Shown here piece by piece: positions 6,032-14,157 of a DNA stretch of 15,313 bases (the first letter of the stretch is position 1; every line of letters starts with the position of its first letter). The position numbers and the translations under genes are program-made. The stretch comes from Candidatus Dadabacteria bacterium (GTDB taxonomy: Bacteria > Desulfobacterota_D > UBA1144 > Nemesobacterales > CSP1-2). The DNA lies in the NCBI GenBank assembly GCA_040289575.1, contig PSLL01000020.1:17932-33244 (forward strand), given 5' to 3'. The notes below the pieces were generated by a model. The model worked only from the letters and a program-made list of their open reading frames with translations. It searched no databases and was not told where the DNA came from.

Positions 6032-6697
6032 TCAACGCTCTCCGGTCTGAGTAACGTATATGCTTCTTGCCACATCCCTCGGTAGGCGGTGCTCGGATGA
6101 GCCTACTTTTATAAATAGGTCCCCTTCAAATGGAGATTTATCCTCTATACGCACCTTCACCTTTGGAAATAACCCCAGCTCAGCCATAAACCTCAGTTTC
6201 TTCGGATCACCGTCACTTACAAAGTTTATTATCACAGTTCTCCCGGCCTCTATATCGGCTAAAGAGCGATTTTCCTCGACCTCTTCAATTTTTCCTTCTC
6301 CCGTAGGAATAGGGTCTCCGTGCGGGTCTGTCTTTGGGTATCCGAGGACGTGATCTATTCGGTCTAAGATCTCATCAGATATAAAGTGCTCAAGCCTTTC
6401 CGCCTCAACGTGAACCTTATCCCAATCGAGTCCAAGTACCTCTTTCAAAAAGAGTTCAACCAAACGGTGTCTGCGTATAACCCTTAAGGCTATCTTCTCT
6501 CCCTTTTCTGTAAGCACGACGCCGTGATAAGAGATGTGTTTGAGAAGCTTTTCCCTAGCGAGCTTCTTAATCATCGCCGTGACTGTAGCATCGGAGAGAG
6601 CGAGTTTCTCGGCAATGGCAGAGGTATTAACCCTACCCCGCCGTCTCTGCAACTTATATATAGTCTTTAGATAATCCTCAATAGTCGGACTAATCAT
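6032..6697 (-). CDS. mntR: DtxR/MntR family metal-dependent repressor with C-terminal FeoA/SH3-like domain
   Basis: EDYLKTIY, wHTH, RRHRLVELFL, EAERLEH, PKTDPHGDPIP motifs; directly upstream of mntH on the same strand. Confidence 0.92.
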   Translation of the reverse strand: MISPTIEDYLKTIYKLQRRRGRVNTSAIAEKLALSDATVTAMIKKLAREKLLKHISYHGVVLTEKGEKIALRVIRRHRLVELFLKEVLGLDWDKVHVEAERLEHFISDEILDRIDHVLGYPKTDPHGDPIPTGEGKIEEVEENRSLADIEAGRTVIINFVSDGDPKKLRFMAELGLFPKVKVRIEDKSPFEGDLFIKVGSSEHRLPRDVARSIYVTQTGER

Positions 6698-6757
6698 TTA
6701 GATTAGCCTAAATTTATTTTTAGTGAAGCCTAAACTAAAATTTAGGCTAATCTAAAT
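6696..6757. promoter_or_regulatory. Three tandem DtxR/MntR-type operator boxes
   Basis: TTTAG-N6-CTAAA at 6697-6712 (TTTAGATTAGCCTAAA), 6719-6734 (TTTAGTGAAGCCTAAA) and 6741-6756 (TTTAGGCTAATCTAAA), 22-bp period. 6696-6715 and 6738-6757 form a perfect 20-bp inverted repeat. Confidence 0.85.
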
Positions 6758-6783
6758 TTTAATGAGACTTTTAAATTTGTCAA
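6756..6783 (-). promoter_or_regulatory. sigma70 promoter of mntR-mntH
   Basis: TTGACA (6783-6778), 16 bp, TAAAAT (6761-6756), abutting the third box. Confidence 0.7.
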
Positions 6784-6792
6784 GCCTTAATT

Positions 6793-6866
6793 GTAGAAGC
6801 AGACCTCAGTGCCTGCTCTTAACCACAGCTACAATAATTAGCGTAATTCCCTTTAGTTGCCTCTAC
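6793..6866. repeat. GTAG...CTAC REP doublet (REPIN-like), degenerate
   Basis: Left arm GTAGAAGCAGACCTCAGTGCCTGCT, right arm GCGTAATTCCCTTTAGTTGCCTCTAC; termini GTAGAAGCA / TGCCTCTAC are inverted. Confidence 0.5.
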
Positions 6867-6936
6867 GCTATTTACATCTCCTTGACAATCCATCGGCGTT
6901 TGGGTAAGCCATTAGGAAAATTATGGAGAAAATGAT

Positions 6937-8034
6937 TTGTCCAAAATAATAGTTGGGGTTATTTTTGGAGGAAGATCGGTTGAACACGAGGTTTCGCTTC
7001 TTTCGGCAAGGTCAATTATAAGAAATATAAATACAGATAAGTATCGAGTATTTCCAATCTTTATAGAAAAAAACGGGATTTGGCGAAAGGCCTCGGTTGA
7101 CGGCTGGCTAAGGGGTGGAGGTTTAGAATTTTTTACTAATTCATTTCTCTCGCCCTCTTTAAATCCGGTCAAACCAGTATTTTACGAAATTGGCACAAAC
7201 AGGGTTGAAGGAGAACATAGAGTTGATGTCCTATTCCCCATTCTTCACGGAACCTATGGAGAAGACGGAACGATTCAAGGACTATTTGAGCTTATGGGAA
7301 TCCCATTTGTCGGAGCCTCGGTTCTAGGTTCTTCAGTCGGCATGGATAAAATAATCATGAAAACTATATTTAGAGAATCAGGGCTTCCTGTAGTGAGATT
7401 CATCGGATTCTACAGACACGAATGGAGATTGAGAAAAAACACGATAAGAGAGCAGATTCTCAACGAGGTCGGAGCACCATGTTTTGTAAAAGCCGCAAAC
7501 CTAGGCTCAAGTGTTGGTATAACTAAGGTCAAATCAGAAGATAAATTGGAAGAAGCTATAGACACCGCCTGTGAATTCTCACACAGAATAATAGTCGAAA
7601 AGGCCATAAAAAATCCAAGGGAGATTGAAGTAAGCGTTCTGGGAAACGATGACCCGATTGCATCCGTCCCCGGAGAAATCATCCCGCATAGAGAATTCTA
7701 TGACTACATCGCAAAATATATAGAAGAGGGCACATCGCTTATCGTCCCAGCAAATCTCGATAAGGAAATGGTAGAGAAGTTACAAGAATACTCCGTCAGA
7801 GCCTTTAAGTCATTGGACTGTGCGGGGATGGGAAGGGTGGACTTCCTTATGGAAAAGGAAACCGGTGAGATCTTTGTGAGTGAAATTAACACAATTCCTG
7901 GCTTTACTCAGATAAGCATGTATCCAAAACTCTGGGAAGTAAGCGGGATGAAGTACCCCGAGCTTATATCAAAGCTGATTGACCTGGCACTTGAAAGACA
8001 CGAGATGAAAAGAGAACTACGAACGGATATATAG
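6937..8034 (+). CDS. ddl: D-alanine--D-alanine ligase
   Basis: FGGRSVEHEVS, LHGTYGEDGTIQG, GSSVG, FYDYIAKY omega loop, EINTIPG. TTG start with GGAG SD at 6925-6928; TTGACA at 6882-6887. Confidence 0.96.
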   Translation: MSKIIVGVIFGGRSVEHEVSLLSARSIIRNINTDKYRVFPIFIEKNGIWRKASVDGWLRGGGLEFFTNSFLSPSLNPVKPVFYEIGTNRVEGEHRVDVLFPILHGTYGEDGTIQGLFELMGIPFVGASVLGSSVGMDKIIMKTIFRESGLPVVRFIGFYRHEWRLRKNTIREQILNEVGAPCFVKAANLGSSVGITKVKSEDKLEEAIDTACEFSHRIIVEKAIKNPREIEVSVLGNDDPIASVPGEIIPHREFYDYIAKYIEEGTSLIVPANLDKEMVEKLQEYSVRAFKSLDCAGMGRVDFLMEKETGEIFVSEINTIPGFTQISMYPKLWEVSGMKYPELISKLIDLALERHEMKRELRTDI

Positions 8035-8044
8035 AGCTATAGAC

Positions 8045-8971
8045 CTATTCCTCAAGCACATCAGTCCTTTCTCCCCGAAAAATGACCAGAAACACAACGC
8101 CGATTAAAGTCCCTACACCACCTATCAACTTAATAACCGAAGGAAGGTCATTGAAGAGGAAATACGAGAAGATAACGACGAAAAGAGACTCAAGAGACAT
8201 CACGGCGGTTGACTGAGAAACGCCGATAAGCTTGATTGATTCAAATTGGCTCGCCTTTGCAATGTAGGCTCCCGTCACCCCACCCAAAATCATAAAGGCT
8301 AAGTCCCTAAGCCCCGGCGTTTGAAACCTCCCCGTAGATATAAGATAAACAAAGAGCACAACCGCCACTCCAAGAGACCTCAGGTTGGCTACGGTAAACA
8401 TATTTAAATGCTGCGCAAATCTCTTTACAAGGAAGGATAAGAGGGAGTAAAAAAACGCCGCAAAAAGAGCCACCAGCGTCCCAAGGATCAATGAGACCTC
8501 TCTTTGGTAAGCGACAACCAGACCGCCTGCAATCGTAAGGATTATCCCCACTGCTTCCCACCTGTTTAATCTCTCACCTAAGAACACAATTCCCAAAAAC
8601 AGGCTAAAGAGGGTCTGGGATTTCATAAGAAAAGACGTAAGCGGAGGTCCAATTGTTCTTAGAGAAATAATCCAGAGCGCAGAGCCGATTGCAGTTACTA
8701 CGGAGCTCATTACAAATATAGCCAAGTACCTTCTTACATGCCTTAGCTCGCTTCTCTGGGAGGGAATCATCATAGCGGTAAGCATCGAAAAAAATGCCGC
8801 CCCCGAAAACCAGAAAAAGGTCACAGTTTCAGGACTTAAATTCTTATTCACGGATTTTCCAAACACATAAGATAGAGCCGTAAAAAAGGCGGTTCCCAAT
8901 ATAAAAAAATAGCCACGCAGAGGGTATTTGTATTTGATTACCTCTGTCTTTAGTTTTGGTAATTCACTCAT
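8045..8971 (-). CDS. DMT/EamA family transporter
   Basis: About 10 hydrophobic segments in two repeats, with FLGERL and LESLFVVIFSYFLFND motifs. Start uncertain (ATG 8971 or track GTG 9001). Confidence 0.85.
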   Translation of the reverse strand: MSELPKLKTEVIKYKYPLRGYFFILGTAFFTALSYVFGKSVNKNLSPETVTFFWFSGAAFFSMLTAMMIPSQRSELRHVRRYLAIFVMSSVVTAIGSALWIISLRTIGPPLTSFLMKSQTLFSLFLGIVFLGERLNRWEAVGIILTIAGGLVVAYQREVSLILGTLVALFAAFFYSLLSFLVKRFAQHLNMFTVANLRSLGVAVVLFVYLISTGRFQTPGLRDLAFMILGGVTGAYIAKASQFESIKLIGVSQSTAVMSLESLFVVIFSYFLFNDLPSVIKLIGGVGTLIGVVFLVIFRGERTDVLEE

Positions 8972-9026
8972 GTGTTTAAACGGGCTAGTCACAACAAACA
9001 CGAATTATAGAACAATACAAGATGTG

Positions 9027-9980
9027 TCATGTGTTTTGTACCATTTTATTCGTAGATAAACTACCTGTGTCACTCCTTCTCCACCACCATGCAAGGAGCG
9101 AGCCGGAGATGTTATGCCACACGCTAAATATTGCGGAAGGAAGCGCGGCAATCACCCCGAAATGGGCCCCTGCGAGTGCAACACCAAGGCCGGAGTTCTG
9201 CATCCCGACCTCAATTGATACAGCCCGCGCCTTCGGGATTTCCATTCCAAATAACCTTGCGATATAAAAGCCAATTACAAGCCCAACTATATTGTGAACC
9301 ATGACGGCAAAGGCAGCTCTAAAACCGACCCTTCCTATAGACCCGGCGTTTGCCGCTACTATCACCCCTACAATAAATATAATGGTGATTGAAGGAAGAA
9401 GGGGAATCACGGCCTCAACCTTTTCTTTAAATAAACCCCTTACAAATAATCCAAGCGCCACAGGAAGGAGAATAATCTCAACTGTAGAGATAAACAGCTT
9501 CAGCACGGGCACGGCAGTCCACTCCCCGGCAAGCAGATAAGTAAAGAGCGGAGTAAGGATGGGAGAAAAAAGGGTAGTTACCGACGTCACCGCGACTGAG
9601 AGGACAACGTCTCCTCGTCCGAGATAGGTTATTACGTTTGAAGCCGTTCCCCCCGGACACGAACCCACAAGCACAACACCAACCGCAAGAAGAGGCTCAA
9701 GCCTGAAAACCTTTGCGAGTGCAAACCCCGCAAGCGGCATAATACCGTACTGAGCGCAAAACCCTATTGCCACATCCTGTGGCCTCAGAAATACCCTTTT
9801 GAAGTCTTCCTTTTTAAGGGTTATTCCCATACCGAACATTATTACTCCCAGCGTAGGAGTGATTAGAAAAGTCAGTTCTGAAAAGCGCTTTGGATAAAAA
9901 TACGTTGGGATTGAAAATCCAATTATCCAGAATGTGAAATAAGCCGTAAAGACGCGATTTAAGAACCCAATAGTCTTCAA
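9027..9980 (-). CDS. Bile acid:sodium symporter (BASS) family protein, PanS-like
   Basis: LGVIMFGMG, AQYGIMP, GSCPGGTASNV, SIEVGMQNSGLG, PSAIFSVWHN motifs. Confidence 0.92.
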   Translation of the reverse strand: MKTIGFLNRVFTAYFTFWIIGFSIPTYFYPKRFSELTFLITPTLGVIMFGMGITLKKEDFKRVFLRPQDVAIGFCAQYGIMPLAGFALAKVFRLEPLLAVGVVLVGSCPGGTASNVITYLGRGDVVLSVAVTSVTTLFSPILTPLFTYLLAGEWTAVPVLKLFISTVEIILLPVALGLFVRGLFKEKVEAVIPLLPSITIIFIVGVIVAANAGSIGRVGFRAAFAVMVHNIVGLVIGFYIARLFGMEIPKARAVSIEVGMQNSGLGVALAGAHFGVIAALPSAIFSVWHNISGSLLAWWWRRSDTGSLSTNKMVQNT

Positions 9981-10019
9981 ATTTTTGTTTTATTAGAAGC
10001 CGATTTTGATAAGAGGGGA

Positions 10020-10048
10020 AAATTACACAAGATTCAGTCGAGTGTCAA
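10020..10048 (-). promoter_or_regulatory. Probable promoter of the BASS (and possibly EamA) gene
   Basis: TTGACA (10048-10043), 17 bp, TAATTT (10025-10020). Confidence 0.6.
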
Positions 10049-10251
10049 TTGCTAACTCTCCCTCAGAGTTACATTACATATTCGCATCCATTTGATTGAT
10101 GTAATAGATGTTGGGACCAAAACAGGGGATACTTATTATGGATACTATAGTGTATTTATTCATAAGATATTATATTGTAGAATAAATTGGGAACCGGGTC
10201 TTGTTTATTTTTTGTTTCTTCTTATGCAGAACACGTTTTTAAAGAGAAATA

Positions 10252-10524
10252 GTGATGAATGACTATACATACGATAAGTACATAGAAAGATGGAATTCAA
10301 TGTTTGGAGAATCTCAATCCGCTGAAGTCAATTACAGTTCACATGGGGTCATATTACCTATAACAATAAATAGGCTATCTCCAGAGGTATTTGAACATAC
10401 AAAAAACAAGTTGATGGAGTTACAAGAGGAATTTGATTTCTATTCAGAAAGCAAATACGAAGAAGGAATGGAAAAGACTCTATTAAAAATGATACCCTAT
10501 GAATTAGTGCTACTTATTTCATAA
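10252..10524 (+). CDS. Hypothetical acidic protein (90 aa)
   Basis: Sole ORF in an AT-rich gap, preceded by AAGAGA and followed by a terminator-like hairpin. No recognisable motif. Confidence 0.6.
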   Translation: MMNDYTYDKYIERWNSMFGESQSAEVNYSSHGVILPITINRLSPEVFEHTKNKLMELQEEFDFYSESKYEEGMEKTLLKMIPYELVLLIS

Positions 10525-10532
10525 TTCTGCCC

Positions 10533-10563
10533 AGTTATAAAGGTCTGCGACCTTTTAAACTAC
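10533..10563. terminator. Bidirectional terminator-like hairpin between convergent genes
   Basis: TAAAAGGTC-TGC-GACCTTTTA perfect 9-bp stem (10537-10557) with T-tracts on both strands; ends in CTAC, like the other REP-like elements. Confidence 0.6.
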
Positions 10564-10565
10564 CC

Positions 10566-11828
10566 TCATTTGAGAAAATCCGGAATAACCTCTTGTCTAA
10601 TTAGATCCTCGTAGTTTTCTCTTTCTCTCACTACAAAAAACTCCTCCCCCCTTACCATAACCTCAGGGGCGCGGGGACGGGTATTGTAGTTAGAAGACAT
10701 TACAAATCCGTAAGCACCCGCACTTAGAATTGCAAGAAGGTCGCCTCTTTCGACCTTTGGGAGTTCTCTTTCTTTTGCAAAAAAATCCCCCGATTCGCAA
10801 ATGGGCCCCACCACATCCACGATTTCTTCATCCCCAAGGCTCTCATTGGCGGTAATAATCTCATGATAAGAATCGTAGAAGGCGGGGCGGATTAGATCAT
10901 TCATCGCGGCATCTACTACGACGAACTTTTTAGAAGCCCCCTTTTTTATGTAGAGTACTCTGGTAAGCAGAATTCCGGCATTTCCTACAAGTACCCTTCC
11001 TGGCTCCAAGACCAGCTTATACTGGGTGCTGCTTATCTCTCTTTTTATCACATCCGCATATTCCCTCGGATGTGGGGGCATCTCGCCTTCTTTGTATGTT
11101 ATTCCGAGTCCCCCTCCAATGTCAATGTAATGTATTTTGATCCCCTCTTTTTCTAAAACACCGCCAAGTTCAATGAGCTTTTTTAACGATTCCACAAACG
11201 GCTCAAGCTCGAATATCTGAGAGCCTATGTGCGCGTCTATTCCTACAACCTCAATTCCCTCCATTCTTGCAGCTTCCTTATAAACGTCCACTGCTCTGCC
11301 AATCTCAATTCCGAACTTGCTCTTCTTGAGCCCGGTAGAGATATACGGATGAGTCTTTGGATCAATATCAGGATTTACTCGAATAGCGATTCTTGCCTTT
11401 CTACCTATTGCCTTTGCAACATTATCGAGCACATGAAGTTCTTCGATGGATTCAACGTTAAAGAATAAAATCCCTGCCCCAATTGCGGATTTCATCTCCT
11501 CTTCGGTTTTTCCGACACCTGAGAAAACAATCTTTGACGGTTCCCCACCCGCGCGAAGAACGCGAAAAAGCTCCCCGCCTGAGACAACATCAAATCCGAT
11601 CTTCAAATTCGCGTATGTTCTCAGAACCGCGAGGTTTGAATTTGCCTTTACAGAGAAACAAATCAGAGGATTTATATCGGAGAACGCATCGCGAAAAACA
11701 TCAAAATCCCCCTCTAACGCCGAATTGCTATAGACATAACAGGGAGTGCCGATGGCTTCGGCAATCTCTCTTATTGGAACATCTTCAACGTAATACTCCC
11801 CACCTTTGTATTGAAAGTCATACCACAT
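10566..11828 (-). CDS. lysA: Diaminopimelate decarboxylase
   Basis: FSVKANSN (PLP Lys), FDVVSGGEL, THPYISTG, HIGSQ, DIGGGLG, EPGR, GPICESGD, GAYG..MSSNYN. Confidence 0.97.
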   Translation of the reverse strand: MWYDFQYKGGEYYVEDVPIREIAEAIGTPCYVYSNSALEGDFDVFRDAFSDINPLICFSVKANSNLAVLRTYANLKIGFDVVSGGELFRVLRAGGEPSKIVFSGVGKTEEEMKSAIGAGILFFNVESIEELHVLDNVAKAIGRKARIAIRVNPDIDPKTHPYISTGLKKSKFGIEIGRAVDVYKEAARMEGIEVVGIDAHIGSQIFELEPFVESLKKLIELGGVLEKEGIKIHYIDIGGGLGITYKEGEMPPHPREYADVIKREISSTQYKLVLEPGRVLVGNAGILLTRVLYIKKGASKKFVVVDAAMNDLIRPAFYDSYHEIITANESLGDEEIVDVVGPICESGDFFAKERELPKVERGDLLAILSAGAYGFVMSSNYNTRPRAPEVMVRGEEFFVVRERENYEDLIRQEVIPDFLK

Positions 11829-11861
11829 TTGACATTGTTCTCCTTTGGGTTTGGTGAAGAG

Positions 11862-11890
11862 AATTTACCAAGAAGTCATGGCAAAATCAA
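11862..11890 (-). promoter_or_regulatory. lysA promoter (extended -10)
   Basis: TTGATT (11890-11885), 17 bp, TAAATT (11867-11862) preceded by TGg; AAAGGAG SD at 11846-11840. Confidence 0.65.
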
Positions 11891-12013
11891 TTCGTAATCA
11901 CAAAATCCACAAATGAAAATAAGTAGAATACCTGATACAACAGACTCATGGCTAGATATCATAGTTGATCAACCACCTCTCTACTATAAGCCCGTTTGTA
12001 ACGAGGCCAGATA

Positions 12014-12484
12014 CTATGGCGAGGCTAAAAAGCCATGCTGTTTACCATTAGAATCTTTAAACCTCCCCACGATCTGGCCTAGATTGTTTATCGCGAATGG
12101 TTCGGTCAATTTTTTAGAATCTGGAATATCAACTGTAATAAATGAGCCGCCTCTCTTACGTAAAAAGCCATGCGTGATACCATTAGAGTCTTCAAAGTTT
12201 CCTCCAATCTGTCCGTAATTATTTATGCCGAGAGCTTCAGTGGAGACTGAGTCCGGGGTATCAATTGTGATGAATCTGCCGCCTACACGACGTATAAAAC
12301 CGTGGCGTACACCATTAGAATCGTCGAAGTCTCTCACAATTCGGCCTTTGTCGTTTATTGCGTTTGCCTCGGTAAAGGTCGAGCCCGGGGGATCAATTGT
12401 GGTGAATGTATATGCTAGGACTCCTGAACTGATACCTATTACAAGGCCAATTGTGATTAGATAGAGCACTATATACTGTTGCAT
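12014..12484 (-). CDS. Secreted protein with three HAF-like extracellular repeats
   Basis: Signal peptide ending GVLA, then three ~44-aa repeats F.T.D.P.S..TE...IN..G.I...F.DSNG..HGF. GGAGG SD. Confidence 0.8.
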   Translation of the reverse strand: MQQYIVLYLITIGLVIGISSGVLAYTFTTIDPPGSTFTEANAINDKGRIVRDFDDSNGVRHGFIRRVGGRFITIDTPDSVSTEALGINNYGQIGGNFEDSNGITHGFLRKRGGSFITVDIPDSKKLTEPFAINNLGQIVGRFKDSNGKQHGFLASP

Positions 12485-12703
12485 TTCCTCCTCCCTATTC
12501 TCTATAAACCACTCTATAAAACTTTTTACTAAAATTCGTTTAATATATAAACTTTTATATCAGTATTACTACACAACAAGCAGAGAGAAAATAAAAGGGA
12601 TTCATCTAATTTAAGGTTGTAAGAGATGATCGACTTTATTATTTGTGCGGAGTAAGAGCCTGAGGAACTTAAATCCACAAAGTCTCTAAGATTGCGGAAT
12701 GTG

Positions 12704-13297
12704 CTATAAATTTCCCTTTAGGCACTCCTCAACAAAAATCAGTCTATCATTTCCCCAGAACATCTTCCCATCAACATAGAACGTAGGAGCGCCAAATGCG
12801 CCGCGCTTTACGGCCCCGGCGGTTTCATCCCTGAGTTTATCCTTTATATACTGCTCTCCTATCCTTTGAAAGAACCAGTCTGAATCTATGCCTATCTCGG
12901 TTACCGCGCTCTTTAAAACCCCATCTTGACTTAAGTCCTGCCCTTCAACCCAATAGAGTCTAAACAGATGATGGGTGTAATCCCTAATTTTATCCTTTTC
13001 CTTTGCGGCTAAAGCGCCCCGCATTGGCTTTACGCTGTTGAGCGGAAATAAATCGGGAAAGTTAAGCCGAACTCCATAGTGCTTTGCCCAGTCAGATAAG
13101 TCTTTAATCATATACGCCTTTTTATTCGGCACCTCAAGCGGGGCGCGGTTTCCCGTCTCTTTATACACGCCCCCAAGAAGAAAGGGCTTCCATTCTATTT
13201 CGGCACTATATTTTTCGCAGATCCCCTCAATCTGAGTTGACGCAAGATAGCTATACGGGCTTCCAAGATCATAGTAAAACTCGACCCTTTTCTTCAT
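12704..13297 (-). CDS. DsbA-like 2-hydroxychromene-2-carboxylate isomerase / kappa-GST family protein
   Basis: FYYDLGSPYSY, WKPFLLG, GAFGAPTF, FWGNDR motifs. ATG 13297 is preferred over track TTG 13312 (GAGG 9 nt upstream). Confidence 0.9.
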   Translation of the reverse strand: MKKRVEFYYDLGSPYSYLASTQIEGICEKYSAEIEWKPFLLGGVYKETGNRAPLEVPNKKAYMIKDLSDWAKHYGVRLNFPDLFPLNSVKPMRGALAAKEKDKIRDYTHHLFRLYWVEGQDLSQDGVLKSAVTEIGIDSDWFFQRIGEQYIKDKLRDETAGAVKRGAFGAPTFYVDGKMFWGNDRLIFVEECLKGNL

Positions 13298-13313
13298 CTC
13301 TTCATACCTCAAA

Positions 13314-13385
13314 GCAGGAACACTGCACCGCCCCTACTCGTTGATAAAGACTATGCAACTAACTATGGTTGCGGTTGGCTTCTAC
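13314..13385. repeat. Two tandem degenerate CTAC-terminated REP-like palindromes
   Basis: GCAGGAACACTGCACCGCCCCTAC (13314-13337) and ...GCAACTA-ACTA-TGGTTGC-GGTTGGCTTCTAC (ends 13385); both read GTAG.. on the minus strand. Confidence 0.4.
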
Positions 13386-13396
13386 TCTTACCCCTT

Positions 13397-13816
13397 CTAT
13401 TTCTTGATTATCTCTTCAATCTTAATATCAAAGATCAAAGTTTTCCCGGCAAGTGGATGGTTGTAATTGACCTCTACGTCTTTATCCGAAACACCAGTTA
13501 TATAACAGTCGCCCTGAGGGGTTCTAAGCATCATACCCATCCGCGGCTCAATGTTATTTCTCTTAAAAGTCTCAAGAGGAATCGCCCTGACCAAACTCGG
13601 GTCTTCCAAGCCATACCCATCTTCAGGAGAGAGGGTAATCTCTTTTTCTTCACCCTGCGTCATTCCTAATATTTCTTTATCGAGTCCCCTTATAAGCTTT
13701 CCAGTCCCGATCTCTACCGCAATTGGCTTATCGGACGTATCAAATATAGAACCGTCTTCAAACCGCCCTACAAAACTAAACTTAACTGTATCCCCTAATC
13801 CAACTTTGTCACTCAT
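13397..13816 (-). CDS. FKBP-type peptidyl-prolyl cis-trans isomerase, SlyD/FkpB(SlpA)-like, without His-rich tail
   Basis: DGSIFDTS, LIRGLDKEILGM, LSPEDGYG, insert-in-flap domain, NHPLAGKTLIF; AAGGGAGGT SD. Confidence 0.92.
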   Translation of the reverse strand: MSDKVGLGDTVKFSFVGRFEDGSIFDTSDKPIAVEIGTGKLIRGLDKEILGMTQGEEKEITLSPEDGYGLEDPSLVRAIPLETFKRNNIEPRMGMMLRTPQGDCYITGVSDKDVEVNYNHPLAGKTLIFDIKIEEIIKK

Positions 13817-14091
13817 ATAACACCTCCCTTTTGGATTAACTAAGTTTGTATCACTTTATCCATCCTTAGTTAATGATGACTAGAAGACGCTCCCAATACT
13901 CATAGATAGAACCTCTTGAGAGCACATAAGAATTTTAATTAGTTTCTTATAATCCCACCTCTTGCCCAAATTCAAAAACAAAGCCTAATTACCATTCAGC
14001 CAATATTTAGAAGATACCACGACAGGCAAAGAAATCCAAGTTGATAGCACAAGAATCCAATTTCATCTGAAATCATCTAAAGGGAAAATCC

Positions 14092-14121
14092 TTGATTCAG
14101 GAGCAGTTTTCATTTTATAAT
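14092..14121 (+). promoter_or_regulatory. Probable promoter of the SDR gene
   Basis: TTGATT (14092-14097), 18 bp, TATAAT (14116-14121); AAGGAG SD at 14141-14146. Confidence 0.6.
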
Positions 14122-14157
14122 TAATTCTAAACGATTTAAAAAGGAGATCATAGTCCA

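Noticed and set aside
5957..6035. Possible yybP-ykoY Mn riboswitch before mntH (minus strand GACGAGACC)
   Set aside because: No matching 5' GGGGAGUA element or four-way junction found; the gap is only 75 nt and the motif overlaps the mntR stop.
6937..8034. Van-type D-Ala-D-Lac ligase
   Set aside because: The omega loop FYDYIAKY retains the Tyr typical of D-Ala-D-Ala ligases, and no van genes are nearby.
9370..9420. Segment LLPSITIIFIV of the BASS protein looks about 3 residues shorter than I recall for homologues
   Set aside because: In frame and cannot be verified without an alignment.
11818..11900. Lysine riboswitch, or regulatory uORF MSNVV* (11835-11818), upstream of lysA
   Set aside because: The predicted leader is under 30 nt, too short for a riboswitch. 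The uORF ATG is only 4 nt from the SD and has no Lys codons.
13996..14076. 26-aa hydrophobic minus-strand ORF MISDEIGFLCYQLGFLCLSWYLLNIG
   Set aside because: No SD or clear promoter; T-rich sequence readily yields such peptides by chance.
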